DNA of 32,000 nucleotides, taken from NCBI GenBank assembly GCA_023443725.1, contig JAEZTF010000010.1, positions 1 to 32,000 of the forward strand. Reading direction: 5' to 3'. The translations under genes and the position numbers were made by a program. Under the pieces are notes generated by a model. It saw only the letters and a program-made list of their open reading frames with translations, had not been told where the DNA came from and made no database searches. Source of the DNA: Candidatus Parcubacteria bacterium (GTDB taxonomy: Bacteria; Patescibacteriota; Microgenomatia; UBA12405). Positions 1 to 6,493 of the stretch are shown here, piece by piece. The number at the start of each line of letters is the position of its first letter. The first letter of the stretch is position 1.

Positions 1-65
1 ACTAGAAACCTCCCCTACTTGAGGGATTTTTTCAGAAATAATAAGAGAGGTTTCTTTTTCCATTT

Positions 66-500
66 TTATTTATTTCTTTTGTTTTGAATCCCTGCTTTTA
101 TTCTTTTGGAAACAATTTCTCTTTCGAGACTGCAAAACAATCCAAGAATTAAAATTGAACAAATGTCCTTTTGGATATCAAAATCTTTATCGGGAGTTAT
201 TATCCCTTCTAGATTTTTCCTTTGTATGAGTTCAATAAGCTGATTAAAATCTGCTTGGCGACGACAAAGTCTGTCTATTTTCGTCGTTAGCAAATAATCC
301 ACCTTGTTTTGTTTTATCCACTCAACTAATTCTTTAATGTTGGGATTTGTTCCAAAGCTTTCAAAAATCTTTTTAATCTCAAGATTTCTTTTATCGGCTA
401 TAGCCTTAAGAGTTTTCTCTTGATTTTTAATCGAACTATTATTGTTTTGTTGAACTGCTGATTGTCTACAGTAAATGACACAAGTTTTCTTGTTTTTCAT
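66..500 (-). CDS. Small serine recombinase (resolvase/invertase catalytic domain only, no recognisable HTH domain)
   Basis: 144 aa. 'VIYCRQSA' fits the catalytic-serine motif (YxRxS). 'KIDRLCRR' and 'SLEREIVSKRIKAGI' fit the resolvase core and E-helix. The protein ends directly after the E-helix. Confidence 0.8.
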   Translation of the reverse strand: MKNKKTCVIYCRQSAVQQNNNSSIKNQEKTLKAIADKRNLEIKKIFESFGTNPNIKELVEWIKQNKVDYLLTTKIDRLCRRQADFNQLIELIQRKNLEGIITPDKDFDIQKDICSILILGLFCSLEREIVSKRIKAGIQNKRNK

Positions 501-546
501 TGTTTTATCTAATTATTAATTTGAGGTTTGGGAGTGATGATTCATT

Positions 547-1437
547 TCATGGTGGTCTGTATTTTTGAATTAATTCATCAAAATCTTTCTTCACCATTCC
601 AGCCGAAAAATAATTACACCAATCTTTCCCTAAAATTTCAGGCACTTCAATTTGAATAATTTTTTTAGGATCAATTTGTTTTGAGAGTATTTTTATTGTT
701 TTCTGGCCTCCAGCTTTTCCTTCCAAGTCGTTATCAAAAGCAACAATTATTAGGTCGAAACCAGTAAGTTCGGAAACATATTTTTCACTAAAGCTCATAT
801 TCCCAGATGTCGGAGAAAAACAGCTATAACCTGTTTCCTGATGGGTTCTTATGCTGTCAAATTCACCTTCAGTAATAATGGCAATTTTGGGATCTCCTCC
901 AGTTTTGAAGAATGTATGTTTTGAACCTTTTTCAAATCGATATTTGATTCCACTACAGCCAAAAACACGATGTTTATAGCCCCCAGGAGTTCTGAATTTA
1001 ATTGTTGGATACTGATACGTTCCTATCCAAGTTTTACTGAAGCAAAAATCAAATTTTTGCTGAGACTCATAATTAATGCCGTGATTTTTAAGGTACTCTT
1101 TGGCTTCGTCAAAATTAATTTCTGGATTTATCTCAAGTGAAGAATCAAACCATTTAAGTGCTTGTTTGAAATTCAGCTTCAAATGCTTTTGAACCAATGC
1201 AATCACATCTCCTGTGGCTGAACAGCCAAAGCAGTAGAATGTTCCCGTTTTTGGATACAGTGTCAGAGATGGTGTTTTTTCTTCATGGAAAACACATTTT
1301 GTCTGAATCGGTTTATCGCCAATGGCTTTAATAGTTGAGATAATTCCAATTTTTTGGGCAACGTCAACAATACTGTTTTCCCTCTTAATCTTTTCAATGG
1401 TTTCCTTATTAACTAGTTCCATATTATTTACTTTCAT
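547..1437 (-). CDS. DNA primase, CHC2 zinc finger + Toprim (phage/plasmid type)
   Basis: 296 aa. 'CVFHEEKTPSLTLYPKTGTFYCFGCSATGDVIALV' is a DnaG-type CHC2 zinc finger. 'IITEGEFDSI' and 'VAFDNDLEGKAGG' are the Toprim E and DxD motifs. Confidence 0.85.
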   Translation of the reverse strand: MKVNNMELVNKETIEKIKRENSIVDVAQKIGIISTIKAIGDKPIQTKCVFHEEKTPSLTLYPKTGTFYCFGCSATGDVIALVQKHLKLNFKQALKWFDSSLEINPEINFDEAKEYLKNHGINYESQQKFDFCFSKTWIGTYQYPTIKFRTPGGYKHRVFGCSGIKYRFEKGSKHTFFKTGGDPKIAIITEGEFDSIRTHQETGYSCFSPTSGNMSFSEKYVSELTGFDLIIVAFDNDLEGKAGGQKTIKILSKQIDPKKIIQIEVPEILGKDWCNYFSAGMVKKDFDELIQKYRPP

Positions 1438-1885
1438 GAACAGCTAATAGGAAAGAGTTATCTTCAGGACATATATTCTCGGATGAATTAATAGTATTTA
1501 TTAAATCTCTCTTATTTGTTACTTCGTAATTCTTATTTATGGTTGTGTTTTGGATTTTCTGTTCTGGATTGATGTCAAAAATGGTGGAATCTATGAGTTT
1601 AGCTGCTGTCCCCCTATCGTGTTTTCTAGTGGTGATGAAACCAAGTTTTTTGAGCCATTTCAAATCAGTTCGATATTTTGATCGGGTGGAGTTGTATCTT
1701 TCAAAGTCACCAACCCAAGCCTCGTTGGTTTTCAATCCAGTTTCATCATCTGAAACTCTTTTGGCTCTTTGGGCAATGATGCACAATAATATGAAAGCAG
1801 AATGTCTTGTTTGGACGAGTTTCCAAAAGGATTCAGCATCGCGATTGAATTTTATGAAGCCATTTTCTTTTAGCTTTTCGATCAT
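1424..1885 (-). CDS. Hypothetical protein, possible winged-helix DNA-binding/replication accessory protein
   Basis: 153 aa. It overlaps the primase start by 14 nt on the same strand. The basic segment 'KYRTDLKWLKKLGFITTRKHDRG' looks like a DNA-binding wing. No family recognised. Confidence 0.45.
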   Translation of the reverse strand: MIEKLKENGFIKFNRDAESFWKLVQTRHSAFILLCIIAQRAKRVSDDETGLKTNEAWVGDFERYNSTRSKYRTDLKWLKKLGFITTRKHDRGTAAKLIDSTIFDINPEQKIQNTTINKNYEVTNKRDLINTINSSENICPEDNSFLLAVHESK

Positions 1886-1955
1886 AGCTAAAAGATATAA
1901 TGGGCTTAAAGGAGATAAAACTACACTAAAAAATAAAAAAAGTGTTGTATTGAAA

Positions 1956-2666
1956 TTATTCCTTTCTTCTCAGTTTTTTTATTAGTTTCCTATATCTATT
2001 CAACATTGCACTAACCTCGTTTTCAGACAAGCAGCGACCATTATTTTTCTCAAGTTCGTCAGCAATAAAAGTGAGTGACTTATTTTTTCTGACTTTCAGA
2101 TCGTATATCTTTTGATAAGTATCCAATATTTTGACAGGGATCTTTTTAATTGGTTCACAAAATCGGTTTTCATTAAAAAATGCCTTAATTTGTGGATACT
2201 CTTGTTTTATTTTTTTAACTAAATTATCAAAATTTGAATCAGCGTTTATTTTTATAAAAATAGAAGAATCTGTTCCTAAATATTTTTTTCTTTTCCCTAC
2301 CAAATTCTGGTATAACTTTTTTTCTTCAAAAATTTCGATCTCATTGACTTTTGCAAAAACAAACCTGTTAAACAAGACATAGTGAAATAATGAAACTGAC
2401 CATTCTGCGGGAAAATAATATTTATCTCTTAAAACATAGATTTCAGTTTGAAGATCATCTTCAAATCCTTTGTTTTCAATTATTTTGATATCTTTTTCTG
2501 TTCTTTTATATCCATTCCTTGGTATTTGGAATTTTGTTCTTATCTCTTTTATTTTTCTTTCAAAGTAGGTGTCGTCTTCTAGAATTTTTAATATCAGAAG
2601 TTGATAATCGACATTTTTAGGATCTTCTTCTTGGATTGTTTCATCAAATTCCACTTTTATTTTCAT
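1956..2666 (-). CDS. Hypothetical protein
   Basis: 236 aa, K/E-rich, first gene of the co-oriented module. The C-terminal 'SLTFIADELEKNNGRCLSENEVSAMLNRYRK' is HTH-like. No family recognised. Confidence 0.45.
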   Translation of the reverse strand: MKIKVEFDETIQEEDPKNVDYQLLILKILEDDTYFERKIKEIRTKFQIPRNGYKRTEKDIKIIENKGFEDDLQTEIYVLRDKYYFPAEWSVSLFHYVLFNRFVFAKVNEIEIFEEKKLYQNLVGKRKKYLGTDSSIFIKINADSNFDNLVKKIKQEYPQIKAFFNENRFCEPIKKIPVKILDTYQKIYDLKVRKNKSLTFIADELEKNNGRCLSENEVSAMLNRYRKLIKKLRRKE

Positions 2667-2865
2667 AGCAGTATTTTACCGCCTTAAAACAATTTATTTT
2701 CATTTTATTGTTAATAATTACCGTATCTTATCGATTAAGGAATCTGGTTGGTTTAGCTACAGTGAGGATCTTTCACGTCCACAGGTCGGCTGTGTGACTC
2801 CCGACAAAAGTTCACGTCGCCATTAAAATTGAAAAAATTTTTGAGGGGTCAAAAAATATTGAAAG

Positions 2866-2920
2866 ATTAAAAAATTATTAAAAAAGCATTAAAAAATGAT
2901 TAAAACTAATCAAAAACTAA
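2866..2920. repeat. Five tandem 11-bp A-tract units (iteron-like / intrinsically bent DNA)
   Basis: Units start at 2866, 2877, 2888, 2899 and 2910: ATTAAAAAATT / ATTAAAAAAGC / ATTAAAAAATG / ATTAAAACTAA / TCAAAAACTAA. The period is exactly 11 bp. Confidence 0.75.
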
Positions 2921-3110
2921 TCAATTTAATGATGATTATTGCTTTGTTTGTGATGATTATCAGACTTTTGAGCTGCTAATTTGTACATCTTGAAAAGTGA
3001 ATATTTGGCGGAAAGATAGATTTTCACTGCAACATTAAAATTGGGTGATATCTAGATTTTTATCTGAAGAATAGTCAGTGGCGGACGCGTTTTTCGATTT
3101 TAAGGGGGGG

Positions 3111-4082
3111 CTATTGATAATCTTTGTATTCTTTTTCCATCTCAGCTCTAATCTCTTCAATCATTTTCTTATCATCATCACTGGTTATGAAGTTTGAAGG
3201 AATAGTTTCAGGGCTAGTATTGAGAATAAATTTAGCATAGCCCTCATCATTCTTTCCAATCTCCTGATAATCCCAAAAATCCTGAATCGCTAAAGAAATA
3301 ATTTGTTCAAGAGTAGCGTCTTTGTCTTTGAATATTTTTTTACGAAGAATGTCTCGTTTGGAAATGTTTTTAAGATAATAGGACGAAGATGCCAATCCAT
3401 CTCTCTGATATTTTCCATCCTTCCAAGTGAGAGTAATAACATGACTTGGAGCACTTGCATGACAAAACCATCCATGCCCGTTTTCCCAAGAGTCATCAAC
3501 CACCATAATGTCATCTGGTTTGCCATTATTAGATTCTGACACCCAAACATTTGCATATTTATAGCCTTCTACTTTTGGTAGATCTGGAAACATATCTTTC
3601 ACTTCGCCGTTAACAATTTGAAAGACCGATTGTCCATGACAGTTCCAGCAGTTACCGTAATTTCCATGTTGGATGATTAACTCTGGAGTGCCGTCTTTGT
3701 TGATATCCCGAATCTTCACACTGTCAAACATTTCATCTTCCATGGAAAAGATTATTTTCTCTTGGTCTTTGTCATCCATTTTAGTTAAAAGGAAAACTCT
3801 TGGAAGTGTGTCATCATCACTGGGACACTCAAATGTCATCCAATTATATTTTTCATTTTTCCAGACAAGTCTTCCTCCGTTATCCTGTTTTGCAGAAATT
3901 TGTCGATCATTTTGTTGGTAGAGTTTAATAGTCTCAGCAGTGCAGTCAAACGCGCGTTCTTGAGGCTCTGGTGAAGCCGCAGGAATATTATTATCGGTCT
4001 GTTGTTTGTTTAGTTTGAAGAAAATTAGGAATACGGAAACGACGAAGATTGAAAGAATTATGAGATTGTTTTTATTTTTCAT
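3111..4082 (-). CDS. Membrane-anchored or secreted hypothetical protein
   Basis: 323 aa. N-terminal hydrophobic anchor 'LIILSIFVVSVFLIFF'. 'DINKDGTPEL' is a Ca-binding/FG-GAP-like turn. No family assigned. Confidence 0.55.
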   Translation of the reverse strand: MKNKNNLIILSIFVVSVFLIFFKLNKQQTDNNIPAASPEPQERAFDCTAETIKLYQQNDRQISAKQDNGGRLVWKNEKYNWMTFECPSDDDTLPRVFLLTKMDDKDQEKIIFSMEDEMFDSVKIRDINKDGTPELIIQHGNYGNCWNCHGQSVFQIVNGEVKDMFPDLPKVEGYKYANVWVSESNNGKPDDIMVVDDSWENGHGWFCHASAPSHVITLTWKDGKYQRDGLASSSYYLKNISKRDILRKKIFKDKDATLEQIISLAIQDFWDYQEIGKNDEGYAKFILNTSPETIPSNFITSDDDKKMIEEIRAEMEKEYKDYQ

Positions 4083-4476
4083 ATTTTGGGAAAATCTTTT
4101 TCAAATTTTCTTCTGTTATGTTTTGAATAATAACCTTTGGCCATTGTTCGACTTTTGCATTTGCTAATTTAACAATTGTGACATTATCAAGAATTCTAAC
4201 CTCTGCTAATTCAATTTTACCTTCCATTGCTAATTCATCGAATGTTTTATTAATTTTATTAAAGATAAATGGAAGTATTACTGAATTAATTATTAAAGAC
4301 ATAACGATTAAAACAACTACTCCAAAAAAACCCAAATGCCATACCCACCAGACAAGATAAATTGAAATTATTATTCCAACTCCTCCAAGAATATTATTTA
4401 AGAGCCATAAAACAATTAAAGTTGAAGAGGCTTTCTCAATCTTTTTGTAGGATTGTTGTGGTGTTAGTTGTGTCAT
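4072..4476 (-). CDS. Small integral membrane protein (start re-assigned)
   Basis: The ORF track gives 4072..4557 from a GTG that overlaps the upstream gene by 80 nt. An internal ATG at 4476 (MTQLTPQQ...) lies 1 nt after the upstream stop. Two hydrophobic helices are present (LIVLWLLNNILGGVGIIISIYLVWWVW; FFGVVVLIVMSLIINSVILPFIF). Confidence 0.5.
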   Translation of the reverse strand: MTQLTPQQSYKKIEKASSTLIVLWLLNNILGGVGIIISIYLVWWVWHLGFFGVVVLIVMSLIINSVILPFIFNKINKTFDELAMEGKIELAEVRILDNVTIVKLANAKVEQWPKVIIQNITEENLKKIFPKYEK

Positions 4477-4477
4477 T

Positions 4478-4918
4478 TTATTTTTTGATAATTCCAATCT
4501 TCTCCCAAATGTTTTTATAACTGACTTGTTTGCCATATTTATTGCCGTCATCGACACTCTTTGAAAAAGCCAAGTAAAGGAAATAAATAAAACTCATCAA
4601 TCCACCGATACTCTTGTCGATTGATGATAAAACCGCCAAAACAAATCCAATAAGAACTGGAACCACCCATGATTGATTGAGGTCATGATGTCTCCTAATC
4701 AAAATCGAAAGCGATAAAAGTCCAGACATAACAATTGGAGCGACAATAAAAAACAAAGAAAGTATTCCAGAAGTAGAAAACATAAGACCAAAAATAGTAT
4801 CGATCAGTGATACAACTGCCCATAAGACAAAGATTGGTATCCAAACAATAATCGGGGTGAGAATAATGGCAATAATAAAATCTTTTTTTGAAAGCCTGTC
4901 TTTGAAGTTTATTTTCAT
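4478..4918 (-). CDS. DUF805-family inner-membrane protein
   Basis: 146 aa, multi-pass hydrophobic. 'IRRHHDLNQSWVV' resembles the DUF805 RRLHD..SGW signature. Confidence 0.65.
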   Translation of the reverse strand: MKINFKDRLSKKDFIIAIILTPIIVWIPIFVLWAVVSLIDTIFGLMFSTSGILSLFFIVAPIVMSGLLSLSILIRRHHDLNQSWVVPVLIGFVLAVLSSIDKSIGGLMSFIYFLYLAFSKSVDDGNKYGKQVSYKNIWEKIGIIKK

Positions 4919-5041
4919 AATTTTAATAAAAGGTGATCAAATACAACTAACTTTTGTTTTACCAATTATAAGGCGATTTTTAATCAAAATCTACACGATA
5001 GTAAAGGACGCAACTGTCAATAAAATCGTAAGATTAGGATA

Positions 5042-5254
5042 ATGTTGTCTAAAGAGAGACTTATAGAAAAATTTAGTAAAAAACTCAAGGAAGAAATGGG
5101 TAATATGAGCCAAGAATCTTTGGCGACTAAGTCTGGTTTGAATATCAGTTATATTGGTAGGCTTGAGCGAGGAGATGCTTGTCCAACAATTTATGCTGTC
5201 TACAAAATTGCTTTGGCTTTGAAAGTTAAACCTAGTGATTTGATGGAGTTATAA
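5042..5254 (+). CDS. XRE-family helix-turn-helix transcriptional regulator
   Basis: 70 aa. 'MSQESLATKSGLNISYIGRLERGD' is a classic HTH_3 motif. Confidence 0.8.
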   Translation: MLSKERLIEKFSKKLKEEMGNMSQESLATKSGLNISYIGRLERGDACPTIYAVYKIALALKVKPSDLMEL

Positions 5255-6493
5255 ATCTCCGCTTGGCAATTCTAGTGATTCGATTTTAGGTAACGCTTGA
5301 CCAGTTAAATCCTCAAGATCCCCATACATTCCGATAGTATTTTCAATTACTCTGTTAATTTGAGATTCTCTCTTTGCCCAAATTTTGGTGTAAGAGTCTT
5401 TTTCTTTTTGTAAATCGGTTCTCAATCCTCGGAACGCCTCGACAATTGCCTCAACTCTTTGATTAAAACCAGTGCCAGTTAAATAATTGAACAGAACTTC
5501 CATTTTTTCGTTTTTACCAACATTGGCTAATTTAAGAGAAGTTAATTGAAGAAGATTTGTTCTCAATGCTAATGCTAAACCTAAAAATGAGGCAAAATCT
5601 GTGATCCAAACTCCATCCTTTTGACCGAAATTCTTCATATCTTTCGGTAAAACAGTGGTAACTATAACTGCAATTTCTGCCTTTGCATTTCGTTGGTCAT
5701 CTTTTAATTTTGGAATCCAGTTGTCAGTCCAAGCTTTTGTGTGTTTTGACTCCCATACAATGGTTCCACAATGATGTCCGAAATTATCGAATACTTTTTG
5801 AGTGATATCCGCTCCATTCTCCCCTTTTCCAACTGGGATGATTTCATCTCTAGTAAATTCTGTTCTTAGTAACCCTTCTAATTCCAATTCTTGGACTTCT
5901 CCTTGAGTTTGTTGTGATCCTTGTTGAAGTTTTCTTTTTAGTTCATCATTCACCTTCATGGCATCAGTAAGTTGTTTTGATAATTCTGCTAATTTATATT
6001 GTTGCTCTTCAGATGCTTTTTTAGCTGCATCTTCAGTAATTTTCTTTCTTTCTTCATCAAGCTGTCTTTGTTTTTCTAATTCAAAGTTTTTCTTTTGATC
6101 CTCAAGCTCCAATTTTTCTTTTCTTAAATCAAGTTCAGCCTTTCTGGCCTCTTCAAGTTTTTTATCCTTTTCATCCAATTTTTCTGAAAGCATTTTGATT
6201 TCATCAGCCGATTCTTTTTTGGCTTCTTCCTTGATAATTTCTTTTAGTTTTGTCTTTTCAATTTCTAAAGCTTTTGAAACACCTTGGTTAACTAGCAGCT
6301 GAACATTGTTTCGAGCATCATTAATCCGTTTTTCTTGTTCTTCCAGTGCTTTTTTCTTTTGATCAATCTCATCTTCTTTGATCTTTTGATCTGCCTCAAA
6401 TTTCTTTCTTAATTCGTCACCAATTTGATGGGCTAAAACCTCATCAACTGATATTTCTGTACTACATTTTGGACAAATTATTTTTTGCGTCAT
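5249..6493 (-). CDS. DUF2130-like protein: N-terminal CxxC, long coiled coil, C-terminal PD-(D/E)xK-like nuclease core (RmuC-like architecture)
   Basis: 414 aa. 'IICPKCSTEISVDE' at the N-terminus. Residues about 25-205 are K/E/L-rich heptad-like. 'GADIT' (D229) and 'IVWESK' (E248-x-K250) are in nuclease-motif order. Its ATG overlaps the upstream stop (ATGA, 6490-6493). Confidence 0.7.
   Translation of the reverse strand: MTQKIICPKCSTEISVDEVLAHQIGDELRKKFEADQKIKEDEIDQKKKALEEQEKRINDARNNVQLLVNQGVSKALEIEKTKLKEIIKEEAKKESADEIKMLSEKLDEKDKKLEEARKAELDLRKEKLELEDQKKNFELEKQRQLDEERKKITEDAAKKASEEQQYKLAELSKQLTDAMKVNDELKRKLQQGSQQTQGEVQELELEGLLRTEFTRDEIIPVGKGENGADITQKVFDNFGHHCGTIVWESKHTKAWTDNWIPKLKDDQRNAKAEIAVIVTTVLPKDMKNFGQKDGVWITDFASFLGLALALRTNLLQLTSLKLANVGKNEKMEVLFNYLTGTGFNQRVEAIVEAFRGLRTDLQKEKDSYTKIWAKRESQINRVIENTIGMYGDLEDLTGQALPKIESLELPSGDL

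Larger units (their letters stand above)
1..3110. mobile_element. Putative integrated mobile/replicon module (recombinase, primase, DNA-binding proteins, iteron-like intergenic region); left end lies outside the window
   Basis: Co-oriented serine recombinase + primase + two small hypothetical genes, followed by a 444-bp non-coding region with phased repeats. Boundaries are not determined. Confidence 0.45.

Noticed and set aside
1-60. Hairpin at the window edge (AGAAACCTC...GAGGTTTCT plus an inner CCCCTACTTGAGGG). The inner part resembles the CCCCTATTTTAGGGG cassette hairpins.
   Set aside because: It is short, imperfect and cut by the window edge. It is most simply the terminator between the recombinase gene and an unseen upstream gene. 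The resemblance is too weak to claim a repeat family.
1539-1985. 148-aa plus-strand ORF antisense to 1424..1885. The same applies to the other antisense ORFs in the track: 2131-2382, 3290-3556, 3303-3539, 3673-3921, 4178-4360, 4857-5042, 6485-6745, 7310-8344 series, 11558-11749, 12000-12282, 15217-15414, 19490-20158 series, 23710-23895, 27875-28069, 30187-30369.
   Set aside because: They lie inside stronger ORFs with recognisable motifs on the other strand or frame. Their F/L/S/I-rich, low-complexity composition is what the antisense of K/E/N-rich AT-rich genes produces. No motifs were recognised.
3104-3110. G7 homopolymer, rare in this AT-rich sequence, considered as a slipped-strand phase-variation tract.
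   Set aside because: It lies immediately after the stop codon of 3111..4082 and outside any ORF or recognisable promoter spacer, so length changes would not switch a gene.
4478-4557. 80-nt overlap between two membrane-protein ORFs, considered as a possible programmed frameshift or nested gene.
   Set aside because: The long version starts at a GTG. An in-frame ATG at 4476 sits 1 nt after the upstream stop and removes the overlap, so ordinary start-site ambiguity is the simpler reading.
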